A program made the translations under genes and the position numbers. From positions 51,180,477-51,244,476 of the forward strand of contig NC_068999.1 of the NCBI RefSeq assembly GCF_001194135.2: a stretch of DNA of 64,000 bases, read 5' to 3'. Under the pieces are notes generated by a model. The model had not been told where the DNA came from and ran no database searches. It saw nothing but the letters and a program-made list of their open reading frames with translations. The first letter of the stretch is position 1, and each line of letters starts with the position of its first letter. The DNA is from Octopus bimaculoides. Its lineage: Eukaryota. Shown one piece after another: positions 1 through 12,206 of the stretch.

Positions 1-1620
1 GACCGACAGCCATTAAGCGTACCTTAGTAGAGTCGCTTGGCCTAACACAAATTATAAACGTCTCAATCTCCTCTTAAAGAAAAGTCCAACCCATGAAATA
101 AACGTTCATATGTATAAAGAAAGATAGGATGGTCAGAAATTCAAAAATTGGTGTTTGATCAGGGATTGTGTAAGGTTAAGGGACAAGATCAACAATAAAC
201 GAGCAGACGATGGCATATTTTTAAATATTTAGTTTTGCTGGAAAGAAGTGTGAAATCTCCTTCAAATGCCACAGACATAAATAAGAAAAAGATTGATTCT
301 GTTTTATTCATAAATTCTGTAAATTAGCGAGGATTTCCAAAGCTGCAACAAACTTTGTGCCATGCATAACTGTTTAGAGATGATCTGGGTTTGAACTACA
401 CAGTATATGAACAATCTTAGGAGTATAATCTCTTTAACACAATCCAAACAAACGCTACAAAAATTAACATGCTTTCAGCAACGGATGAGGCAATACCTTC
501 ATTAAACCTAGGCTCTTGCTGGGAAATATATCAAGAAAGATAAGAGTAAAACATAAATAGCTGTAGCAGTGTCACAAAGAGGAGTCCGCTTTGGTTGCTA
601 CCCTTGTGGCTACTAAACAAAACTAGAAATATACGGAATGATTGTTTTGTCTGCTAGAAACAGCAAGCAAATATTTCCCATATCTTACCTAATGATTTTT
701 AAAAGGCGCATCTATGAGATTATGTAACTCTCTGAAAGCAGGTCGACTTAGATAATTGTACAATACCTTCGATCATAGGATTACTCGATGAGGGTTTTCC
801 CTGAAGTAAACAACATCAATAAGAGAAGTTTTTTTCCAGGAAGTAGAAGAATATCAAATGACTATAGTCGAGAGCCTTGTCTATGCGACGCTCTAAGTCG
901 TTAAATCAGTTGGAAAATAAGGAACGATGAAAAGAGATGGAGAAAAAACACTGGAAGAAAATGACTAGAAATTGCTGTAAATGAATAACATGTATATGAA
1001 TATTCCTCAATGAGGCAGGGGTACAAAAAAACACAAGAAATACACTTGACAGTAATTATATTCAAATTGTCTTTCCTGGATATGGAGATACAATACGCAT
1101 ATATTTATGAAGTGCAGGATTTATAATATAATACTGCCATATTGATACCACATTTACATGGTATAAGTAGTCCTATGAATAATCATTGTTTAGAAGTTTT
1201 GCCGGCGGACTTACAACAGAACGACTGCCGAAAGCTACCTAATGATTAATACAGGATATTAAATTGTCACTGCAAACCTAATGAATAAAACACGATATTA
1301 AGCGCCAGCACATAACAAATAAATATTAACCATTAGCGTATAACTAAGGCAATCAGATTCTCATATCCCATTAGTTACACGAGTTTCACATATTTCCTAA
1401 TGCATGAACTGTTCAAGTTGGTGGTCAGTGTAAGATGTCGATTTAATGACACATAACACACGGAAAAGGCTACACGTTTGGGGAAAGTGTAATATGTTAG
1501 TTCATTCCCAAAACTGGATCTCTATTCCGTTTTATAGACACCACGTGGATGACAGAGGAATTCAGTTGAGTGAAAGTGAACTGCACACTTAAGTGAACGT
1601 AGTTAAATAGTGCTTACCAA

Positions 1621-1739
1621 TAAATATGACGCTACACAAAATATGCAAATGTAACGCCACACAAAATATGTAAATATGCCGCTACACAAAATATGCAAAT
1701 GTAACACCACACAAAATATGTAAATATGCCGCTACACAA
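1621..1739. repeat. Minisatellite: 50-bp unit made of two related 25-bp subunits, about 2.4 copies
   Basis: taaatatg(a/c)cgctacacaaaatatgcaaatgtaac(g/a)ccacacaaaatatg starts at 1621 and 1671, with a partial copy at 1721. Confidence 0.9.
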
Positions 1740-1974
1740 GATACTTTTCTCGTTGCAAGAAGTGTTTCCTTTATCGTTTATACGCTCTATAGTAAAAATA
1801 TAAATGCAACGTCTTGAGTAAAACTAAAGACTAACACATCGTAAAATGCCATGGAATAGATTTTCAAGTGTAGAATGATGGTGTGAGGATATGAATTTGT
1901 ATTCGGTCATAAACAGATCGCAATGGTTTCATAAGAATGCGATGTGCTATTATGGTAGCAGATATATATCTGAC

Positions 1975-2005
<31 letters not shown>

Positions 2006-2794
2006 CTTCTCTTAGATTAATATTCCAATTTACTTCTGAGGAATTTTCCTGGCTGGAATCAGTTACAGTTAAAGCCTCAAAAGTTCGTATAATAAAATGC
2101 AATTCAATGAAGAGAAATTGTGACCATTAACCCACAATTCACTCCACCTTTTGCACTCTTTAGTTTCAGATAAATTCAATATTTTCTTGCAAAGTTTCAA
2201 AACTGTGATTGTGTGAGAGCTACGCGTCAAACACCAATCTCTGTTATGATTTCTGCTTCATAGCAGTTCTCCACTTAAATTGAATTTTCTTCTCACAAGT
2301 ATCTATTATCTGATTTCTGAACTCATAATAACATTCTAATTGGTAGCTCGTTCTTTAAGTTTATTGCTTGAAAGTAGACTCAACATATGTATTTCGTACT
2401 TCACCTGTCTTTGAGTCTGTGCCAAATAAACTTAACACTATGGTTCATAACTATATCTGTGAAAAGTTCCAAAGTTTTCTAGGTCTCTCAGCGGGCTTTA
2501 ATATTTATGTATTTGTCGTTCTCATAAACTTACAGAGTCCACGTACTATAGCAGCATTAATAAATCAAATTTCTCATTTCTCACTTAGCTCCAATTTGCA
2601 CAATTGGAATAGATGCGCAACGAATTACTATATTTCGCTCAGACCATTTCCCCCCACCCTCATTCAGCTCATATTCTCGCTCACGTTCTCACACATCTCA
2701 GACTTTCCTTTGTGTAACTATATTCTACCTTATTAAATTGTGGCTATACTTATAAGCAAGTGTATGAGCAACAAAAATATATACATACATGTAC

Positions 2795-2833
<39 letters not shown>

Positions 2834-2932
2834 ATATTTATCTATACATACATGTACATACATATATATATTTACATTTAATATTTATATATATGTATAG
2901 GTACATATACATATAGGTATATATAAGTGTGG

Positions 2933-2974
<42 letters not shown>

Positions 2975-3109
2975 TAGCTTAATATTATATATATATATAT
3001 TACTCACTGGAGTTACTATTTGGGCTTCGGCCATGCTTCACGTGTTTACTCGATCTCATGAATTGATGTACATATGTAACTTCTACACCTCATTCTATTG
3101 GACTTATAG

Positions 3110-3209
3110 CAAATCCATTCACAAAGCTTTGGTCGGCGTGAGGATATAGCAGAAGACACTTGCCATGTGGATGGTAAGCAAGCTACTTACCACACAGCCA
3201 CTCCTGCGC
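3110..3209 (-). mobile_element. SINE family B 5' head with an internal deletion
   Basis: Reverse strand reads gcgcaggagtggctgtgtggtaagtagcttgcttaccatccacatgg|caagtgtcttctgctata...ccgaccaaagctttgtgaatggatttg; same head as the copies at 31270-31655 and 36713-37125. Confidence 0.8.
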
Positions 3210-3211
3210 TA

Positions 3212-3263
3212 TATGGAAGTTATTGAAAGCTGAAACCCCTACGTGTTTTTGGGAGACCCTGTA
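3212..3263 (-). mobile_element. Tc1/mariner-like TIR end (single)
   Basis: Reverse strand reads TA|CAGGGTCTCCCAAAAA...tttcaataacttc, like the TACAGGGTGTCCCAAAA mariner-type terminus; abuts the SINE head; no partner TIR found. Confidence 0.45.
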
Positions 3264-3287
3264 TATATGTGTATATATATGTGTGTG

Positions 3288-3323
<36 letters not shown>

Positions 3324-4149
3324 NNNNNNNNNNNNNNNNNNNNNNNNNNNNNNNNNNNNNNNNNNNNNNNNNNNNNNNNNNNNNNNNNNNNNNNNNNNNN
3401 NNNNNNNNNNNNNNNNNNNNNNNNNNNNNNNNNNNNNNNNNNNNNNNNNNNNNNNNNNNNNNNNNNNNNNNNNNNNNNNNNNNNNNNNNNNNNNNNNNNN
3501 NNNNNNNNNNNNNNNNNNNNNNNNNNNNNNNNNNNNNNNNNNNNNNNNNNNNNNNNNNNNNNNNNNNNNNNNNNNNNNNNNNNNNNNNNNNNNNNNNNNN
3601 NNNNNNNNNNNNNNNNNNNNNNNNNNNNNNNNNNNNNNNNNNNNNNNNNNNNNNNNNNNNNNNNNNNNNNNNNNNNNNNNNNNNNNNNNCACACACACAC
3701 ATACACCCTCGCACAATATATAGTCAGGAGTTCACAATGTAGTATGGAGAGTAAAACATCTTCAAAATTTATTCATTATTTTCTTCATATTCCATTCTGA
3801 CAGGTGTCGCTGTTCTATATGTGTGTCCTTCTCTCCTTTGATATGACTGATATGCGCATTTAGTTGATTTATATTAAATCAGTTGCAACATTTTCAAAAC
3901 TAAATGTTCCCAAACTAATGCTGCATTATTGGAGGTGTTAACCACACACACGTGGGTGAAGCGAAGTGAAAATTCAAGTATCAGATATACGTTCTTAATA
4001 TATACATACATGTATACATATACGTACTTACATACATAAGCAACTGACAACAATGCCAGTGCTTCAGTTTGAACAACGTGTAGCATCAAGCCCTGACAGC
4101 AAAGTGTTCTGGAAATATGTACGTTCGAAGCAGAGACCTCGCTCTCTAG

Positions 4150-4830
4150 TTGGCCCTCTTTACAATCCCTTCAAAGATCAATGATGGTCCCAATGAATGG
4201 GCTGAACTGATTGAATGCTATGCTTGCATTTTTAGTGTCGAAAATCCGAATGTACCTTCTCCACCAACTCTGATATCAAATTCTATAATACTTGTGAAAT
4301 TCACACCTGTAATGCTGTTACACCACCTCAAGAATAAGTGCAACTATGCCACACCTGGTCTTGATGACGTTACTTATTTGCTTCTCAAAAGTGACGTTCT
4401 TTCTTTTTGCACCAGCTTTCATTCTTCTTTCAATTCTACCTTGACAACTGTCTTACTTCAGAGCAGTGGAATATCGATAGTGTCGTTCCCCTGTTCAAAA
4501 ATGTTGATTTGACATCAGATATCAACTACCGTCTATTCTGCCTCACTAGCTCCGTCGCCAAACTGATGGAGTCCTGTTTCAGAGAAACAATCTGGAACTT
4601 CTGGAATTGTCACAGACTTAACTTTCGCTCACAATTTGGATGTGTTCTTAACTCCAATTCCAACAGGTATTGCCAACTCAACAAGATGACCTCTGGTGTA
4701 CCAAAGAGATCCGTTCTTGGCCCCTCCTATTTGTTGCATATATTAATGACATAGATGCCAGCTTGAGGTATGTTACGTTGTTGAAATATGCTGATCACAT
4801 GAAGCCGTACCTCGAGATAAAAACCTGGAC
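4150..4830 (+). pseudogene. CR1/L2-type LINE reverse transcriptase fragment, frameshifted and internally deleted
   Basis: Three overlapping frames give PGLDD, W..DSVVPLFK..D...NYRLFCLTSSVAKLMES, SQFG, TSGVPKRSVLGP, LLFVAYINDI and LKYADH, matching RT motifs PGPDG, NYRPISLTS, QFGF, SGVPQGSVLGPLLF and YADD. Confidence 0.85.
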
Positions 4831-5394
4831 ACACTGCAGTAATGGATTTCTGATTGGCAATACATCAATATGCACACACATAGGAAAATGTATCTTTCTG
4901 TGTGTGTGAATGTAAATAGGTGTGTATATTTATGGATATGTGTGTGGAAGTGTTTTGCATAGGCGCGAGAATGCATGTAGATATGCTAGCATAAAGTTTT
5001 CAAGAAAGAAAATAATTTGATTTTTATACACACGGTTTGGATTCAGATATATTATGGAGAAATTATCGATTAGAGAAACTCGAAAAATATGTTTTCTTTG
5101 TACATATATAATGTTTTATGAAAACTTTTGTTTGTAAAATATAATGAAATGACATAAACACTGGTTCCATTAGAGAATAGTGAATCCTTACAGTTGTCAT
5201 AGAAGAATGAAATCGATACGGAACATCAATATATTTCCTTCGGATATTTTCGATGCAAATTAAATGATTCAGCCATTATTAATGAATAGCGTTGTCATGA
5301 AATTAATGTCGGGACAATGTTAACATCTTGGTGCTTTCTTGTAAAATGTTACGTGTTCTATCCTATGGATGACTACTTTCTTTTATCCCTTATC

Positions 5395-5560
5395 TTCGTT
5401 GGACTGTCGCTATGCAGAGGGCGTTGGATTGAAGTGATTAGTGGAGCAAAAGAACCACAGTACTTGGTTTTTTTTTAGTTCTCGTGCTTATTCTATGGTT
5501 CTGTTTTTTTTTTTACTAAACTGAGAGTTTACAGGAATGGGAACTGACCAACACTGGTTG
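5395..5560 (-). mobile_element. Degenerate SINE family B 3' part
   Basis: ...tacttgg...ttattctatggttct...actaaactgagagtttacagg...accaacactggttgtcaagcg aligns by eye with 31330-31450 and with the reverse complement of 47715-47860. Confidence 0.55.
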
Positions 5561-5725
5561 TCAAGCGCATGTACATACATGTAATTGTAAATACAAATAT
5601 GTATGTATAGATAGATACACAAACAGATAGATAGATAGACAGACAGATAGATACATACATACATACATAGATAGACAGATAGATATGTAGAGAGAGAAAA
5701 ATGTGCACGTGTGTATATATATATC

Positions 5726-5790
5726 GTGACTCAAAACCTTACCTTCGTAAGCTCGACGCTCTAACCAGTGAGCCATGCGCCTTCACATAT
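5726..5790 (-). mobile_element. Truncated tRNA-derived SINE head (family C-like)
   Basis: Reverse strand reads gaaggcgcatggctcactggttagagcgtcgagcttacg with a Pol III A-box-like TGGCTCACTGG; related to the heads at 31022 and 56551. Confidence 0.65.
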
Positions 5791-5810
5791 ATACATACAT
5801 ACAAACATAC

Positions 5811-5817
<7 letters not shown>

Positions 5818-5855
<38 letters not shown>

Positions 5856-5873
5856 TGTGTGTGTGTGTGTGTG
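5818..5873. repeat. (GT)n microsatellite
   Basis: Direct reading. Confidence 0.95.
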
Positions 5874-6365
5874 TCTTTTTGAATGTGTTTATACCCAAAC
5901 CAACCTCTTCCAGTATCTGTTAGTTTGTATAAAATCTATGTAAGGACGCAGTGTATCAAATACTTGACACCGGACGCAGTTATTTTACCTCCTCATTGTT
6001 TCATTGGTGCTGCATCAATTGTAGTCATCTTAACAACCCAGTGCTACATATAAAATAGAATATTTACCGCAAATACATACTTATTCACATGAAAACTGGT
6101 ATTCAAATTTGCCCTATAATATTCAGACAACATATACTTTTCCCTACATAGCGTATTACCTTGGGAGATTTCTACATTCTTTTGATTAACCACACTTTTC
6201 AACAGAAGTTGGGACCAATTTCTAGCAAGCAGTTGTGTTCTCCCTCAGGAAGTGAAGAAAATTTCAATTAGAACAGGATGAAGTTTGCATGCATTTTAAT
6301 ACGTAATTCATCACTGTTGCCTACCAACCAATGTGTCCGCCTTCCTATATGAATACATGGCAACA

Positions 6366-6366
<1 letters not shown>

Positions 6367-6441
<75 letters not shown>
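6367..6441. repeat. (AC)n microsatellite
   Basis: Direct reading; explains the VCVC/HTHT ORFs. Confidence 0.95.
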
Positions 6442-6445
<4 letters not shown>

Positions 6446-8070
6446 TACAAACAAACATACACACACAAACTCGCACACATACATACACGCACACTAACAC
6501 ACGAATAACACACTCAAATTCATTCATAACACGCAGACCCTGATACTATGCGCGACTATACGTTCCGGGTCGATACGGTAAATCTAAAGGCATAAAACGT
6601 TACAAATTCTAAAAAAAAAACAGTGAAAGCAACAAAGTAATCCACCACATCCACTTTTATATCTTCTTACCAATATACATTATTAAATATACGAATCAAG
6701 TCGATGGGGATCCCTATCTACGTAACATCAGGGAGACACACGCATAATTCCAATGAAACCAACACATACACACTTGCCTTGAAACTAAAAATTATACATG
6801 CATAAATCTACACGTACACACATAAGTACGTTATCGCATAATTATATATATTGTATATATGCGTATGTATGTGTGCCTGTGTCTGCGTAAGTGTGTGCAT
6901 ATCTTTTTTATATGTGCATATATATACACATATATAGACACACATGTATATGTATATATATATATAAATACATATACATATATATACATATGTGTATATA
7001 TATATATATATATATATNNNNNNNNNNNNNNNNNNNNNNNNNNNNNNNNNNNNNNNNNNNNNNNNNNNNNNNNNNNNNNNNNNNNNNNNNNNNNNNNNNN
7101 NNNNNNNNNNNNNNNNNNNNNNNNNNNNNNNNNNNNNNNNNNNNNNNNNNNNNNNNNNNNNNNNNNNNNNNNNNNNNNNNNNNNNNNNNNNNNNNNNNNN
7201 NNNNNNNNNNNNNNNNNNNNNNNNNNNNNNNNNNNNNNNNNNNNNNNNNNNNNNNNNNNNNNNNNNNNNNNNNNNNNNNNNNNNNNNNNNNNNNNNNNNN
7301 NNNNNNNNNNNNNNNNNNNNNNNNNNNNNNNNNNNNNNNNNNNNNNNNNNNNNNNNNNNNNNNNTATATATATATATATATATATATATATGTTTATATG
7401 CATATGTACACACAGAAACACACATACACACGTACGCGCAAATATATATACATTTATATATACCTGCATGCAGATACGTATATATTATGTCGTATATATA
7501 AATGTATATACATGCATGTATACATATATGTGTGTGTGTGCGTGTGTGTGTGTATGCATATATGTACATGCATATGCAGGTAAGAGATCATATTATATAT
7601 AGTGACTAATTCTTTGTTGTCATGTACTGTGGCATTCCTAATTGCATATTTATGGTGCAAAATGATAATTTCCCAAACTTCTGTGATGAATTTCACCCGT
7701 AAAATCAATGCCGATCATTGGAAGATGACAATAGAGACATAGCAATTACAATACCGAATTTCCATTAAGCCGCTTCAGCAATATTCGAATGTTGTTGCGA
7801 TGCTGTATATCTATTCAATCGTTGGTGACATTACAGCCATCCTCATTTCATCTGAAATGCATGTTATAGCGGAATAATAATCAATCATTATATAGAAAAA
7901 GTTATGGCGGAATTAGGCTTTGATCTGAATAAACACGTACGACAATTTGATTTCCACGATATCATTGTGACAAATAGACCTTGAGTCACACGTAGTTACT
8001 GCTAGCTTTTGATATAACCACAAGTCCAGTCTCTGTCATAGTAACTAATAAAAATTTAGCAGATAAAAGC

Positions 8071-8115
8071 ATGATTATTATTATTACTATTATTATTATT
8101 ATTATATTATTATCA

Positions 8116-8173
<58 letters not shown>

Positions 8174-8214
8174 CATCATCATCATCATCATCATCATCAT
8201 CGTTATTATTATTA

Positions 8215-8248
<34 letters not shown>

Positions 8249-8312
8249 CATCATCATCATCGTTATTATTATTATTATTATCATCATCACCATCATCATC
8301 ATCATCATCATC

Positions 8313-8359
<47 letters not shown>

Positions 8360-8369
8360 CATCATCATC

Positions 8370-8410
<41 letters not shown>

Positions 8411-8453
8411 CATTATTATTATTATTATTATCATTATCATCATCATCATCATT
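8071..8453. repeat. Compound (ATT)n/(ATC)n microsatellite running into a gap
   Basis: Alternating ATT and ATC blocks; explains the poly-I/L/S/M ORFs. Confidence 0.95.
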
Positions 8454-8844
8454 NNNNNNNNNNNNNNNNNNNNNNNNNNNNNNNNNNNNNNNNNNNNNNN
8501 NNNNNNNNNNNNNNNNNNNNNNNNNNNNNNNNNNNNNNNNNNNNNNNNNNNNNNNNNNNNNNNNNNNNNNNNNNNNNNNNNNNNNNNNNNNNNNNNNNNN
8601 NNNNNNNNNNNNNNNNNNNNNNNNNNNNNNNNNNNNNNNNNNNNNNNNNNNNNNNNNNNNNNNNNNNNNNNNNNNNNNNNNNNNNNNNNNNNNNNNNNNN
8701 NNNNNNNNNNNNNNNNNNNNNNNNNNNNNNNNNNNNNNNNNNNNNNNNNNNNNNNNNNNNNNNNNNNNNNNNNNNNNNNNNNNNNNNNNNNNNNNNNNNN
8801 NNNNNNNNNNNNNNNNNNNNNNNNNNNNNNNNNNNNNNNNNNNN

Positions 8845-8950
8845 TGAGGTCGATAAATTACGTACCAGTCATGTACTGATTGAATGTCAACGACTATCCC
8901 CCTCCCCTCAAATTCCAGTCCCTGTGCCTATACTAGAAAGGATTATAATT
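8845..8950 (+). mobile_element. SINE family A 3' half
   Basis: gtcgataaattacgtaccagtc...ccccctcccctcaaattccagtccctgtgcctatactagaaaggattat matches the 3' part of the copies at 26051-26760. Confidence 0.75.
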
Positions 8951-9067
8951 TCCCTTGATCACATGTTTTGTTGAAGCTCCTGGAGTCTTACATGCGTAGC
9001 GGACTTGATAACAGCAGCCTACGGTACCATGCTATCCATTCTTTTCAGCTAATACTTTTCTGATTTA

Positions 9068-9096
9068 TTCTTATTATCATTGTTGTTGTTGTTATT

Positions 9097-9141
<45 letters not shown>

Positions 9142-9170
9142 GCTGTTGTTGTTGCAGTTGATGTTGATGT
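9068..9170. repeat. (GTT)n microsatellite
   Basis: Direct reading. Confidence 0.9.
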
Positions 9171-9744
9171 AGAAACAATTATAACGTATATTCATATGCA
9201 TCTGCAATCTTTGTGTTTCAAATTCAGGAAATGAGAATTTCATTGGCTATATTTTATGTGTGGTTTCTTATTTCTTACTGACTGTTGAAACACTCCAAGT
9301 CGGTCTCGTTTTGATTTTGAATGGAACTATTCTTTAGAGCACACAAATATTGAACGAAACTGTTGTTTCAACCATACAATATAAATTAGTTCCTATTCAA
9401 AAATTAACAAATGGTTAAAATTTTAATTCCTACTAATCATCTTAAGTCTGATGCAAAGATAATTCAACAAAAGCAAATCTAATTTACTCAGCTGTAGGAG
9501 CTGCCATACAGAAAAAATATAAAGAAAAGGAAATTAAGACTGATACTCAAATCATACGCTCATGTCTAACCAACCACTAATGGAAATGTGAGAGACGCGT
9601 GTAGTTCAGTGTCTGTTTACCGTATCTTAAAAAGTTTTCTGCAAACTGTTGAGGTTTGCAGTTTTATCTGACACTTGGACCAATTCACATGCTTTACGAT
9701 TGTTGAGAAGCAAAACTAAATGCATTAACGGCAAATAATCTAAT

Positions 9745-9958
9745 ATTGGTTTCAAATTTTGGCACAAAGTCAGCAATGGGTGGCAGGGCCGTTTAAGTCA
9801 ATTGTATCGACCCAGTGCTCCACTGGTGTTTATTTTGCAGTCCCCAAAAGGGAGAAAAGCAAAGTCCACTCGAATTTGAACTTAGAACGTAAGGAAAAAA
9901 AAGAAATGCCGCTAAGAATTTTGCCCGCGTGCTAACGATTCTGCCAACACACCGCCTT
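9745..9958 (-). mobile_element. SINE family A copy
   Basis: Reverse complement of head aaggcggtgtgttggcagaatcgttagcacgc, B-box-like aagttcaaattc, and tail tgtgccaaaatttgaaa. Confidence 0.85.
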
Positions 9959-9974
9959 ACAAATTCTAATACTG

Positions 9975-10173
9975 ATTTCAAATGTTGGCACAATGCCAGC
10001 AATTTCTGAGGAGTGGGTAAGTCTATTACATCAACCACAGTGCTCAACTGGCACTTATTTTATCGACGCCGGAAACAAGAAAGGCAAAGTGAGTCTCGGC
10101 GGAATTAAAGGCGAAAGAAATGTTGCTAAGTATTTTATCCGACATGATAACGATTCTTCGAGCTCATCGCCTT
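9975..10173 (-). mobile_element. SINE family A copy flanked by a probable 16-bp TSD
   Basis: Flanks are acaaattctaatactg (9959-9974) and acaaatcctaatacta (10174-10189). Confidence 0.85.
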
Positions 10174-10198
10174 ACAAATCCTAATACTAACATGCCTT

Positions 10199-10420
10199 AA
10201 GGCGGTGAGATAGCAGAATTGTTATAAAACCGGGGAAGATGTATAACGGCACTTTGTCAGCCTTTACTTCCTCAGTTCACACACCGCCAAGGTCATCATT
10301 GTCTTTCATCTTTTCTGGGTCGATAAAATACGTACCAGTTGAGTACTCTAGTTGATGGATATCAACTTACGTACTCCCTAGAAACTGCTGGCCTTGTGCC
10401 AAAATCTGAAATCAATATTA
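10199..10420 (+). mobile_element. SINE family A copy, head-to-head with the preceding copy
   Basis: aaggcggtgagatagcagaattgtta...gtcgataaaatacgtaccagttgagtac...ggccttgtgccaaaatctgaaa. Confidence 0.8.
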
Positions 10421-12081
10421 ACATCCCCTAAAAAAATTGAAAACGTCCCTCTATGAACCACACCTAACATTTACTTATTTGTAGAATCAAGTAATATGGT
10501 TCCAAAGTTTACTCGATTACACCGATCAAGTGTTAAAGCGACATCGAAAGTATAGCAAAATAGAACTCATTGAATTAGATAAGGTACGTATGCATATAAA
10601 TACACGGATACATATTTACATCAAATGTACGTAGAAATACCCACCGCAACCAGAGACATGAGAGGAGGAGCAATAAATATCACGGAAGCTCCTTCATGGA
10701 AAGACATACTCTCTTTCTGGAGGAAAATCTGGAGTGCAATATTGATTAACTTTCATTAAATTGAAAGATTTGAACACTTGTTTTCCTTATTTAAAATCCA
10801 GACATTTCTTATCGGATGACCTGATAAACACACACACACACACACACACANNNNNNNNNNNNNNNNNNNNNNNNNNNNNNNNNNNNNNNNNNNNNNNNNN
10901 NNNNNNNNNNNNNNNNNNNNNNNNNNNNNNNNNNNNNNNNNNNNNNNNNNNNNNNNNNNNNNNNNNNNNNNNNNNNNNNNNNNNNNNNNNNNNNNNNNNN
11001 NNNNNNNNNNNNNNNNNNNNNNNNNNNNNNNNNNNNNNNNNNNNNNNNNATATATATATATATATATATATATACATACATACATACATATTAGATGAGA
11101 GTCTTTCTCTGATTAGAAAATTTAAAATGTTTCCCTGTGATACTTCCTGCATAAGAAGCGTATACTGAAGTAAAGTAGACGTGGAAATTCTAGCGGAAAT
11201 ATTTAATAAATTCTTTAATGCTAATTCTTACAAAGGAAGGCTTCAGGGATAAGTCTGAAATTAACAAATTTGTTATAGGATGTATCTGATATTTTGTGTG
11301 CGTTGCCAGAACCAGTAACATGTTTTGACATATTACATTTTTATAGAAAAGAATAGGAATGAAATTAGATACACCCGTTTCACTTCCCTATAGGCCATTG
11401 CCGAAATCTAGCATTCCCTCTTGAGGAACTATAAAACCACTGACCAACCATTATCTTGTAACTGACTTTTGTTTCATTTCTGTCATGTATAAGATGTTTC
11501 ATGTGAATAAATTCCGAAACAGTTGGTGTAAAATAGTTGGATCACACCGATAGCTTTTAATTCTTGTTTTTTTAATATTATTATTTCCCGTAGTTGATGA
11601 GGTAATAAAGTCTAAATTATTCCTGTTACCGCAAACATTTGCGCGTTTCACAGAACACACCCTTCCGCCTATGAATAATGAATAACAGGTACTGTATAAT
11701 TTAACTGACGTGAAGCCTTCATTAAAATTCTATTTTAAATTTTGCTACAAAGTAATATTAGGCTGTAATTTTACTTGTTCATATTCTGTTTCCCCTATCA
11801 TGCCAAATTTCAGGGCTATAATCTAGAACGATATTGCCTAGCTTCATTACGGTAATAACGGTTCTGTTGTTTAATGTGCAAATTCCATTTTTGTACAAAA
11901 ATATGCACATGACAACGGATGACACAAGCTGACTTCAGTAATATATCTGATCATGTTTAGTGCTGCTATATTGAATGTGGTCACATAGAGAAGTCAACAT
12001 AACTGAGCTTGTCCATATTCACTCTATAAAATTGAAAAGTTTGAGTGAGCGTTGCTACAAAATCTATTCTATTTTGTTTAA

Positions 12082-12206
12082 TTAAATACTATAACGTAGA
12101 ACTATGTATTAACTGTACATATTTAAATACTGTGGTGTAGAAATATGAATTAACCGTACATATTTAAATACTGTGGTGTAGAATTATATATTAACTGTAC
12201 ATATTT
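12082..12206. repeat. 41-bp minisatellite, about 3 copies
   Basis: gtagaactatgtattaactgtacatatttaaatactgtggt repeated with few substitutions. Confidence 0.85.
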
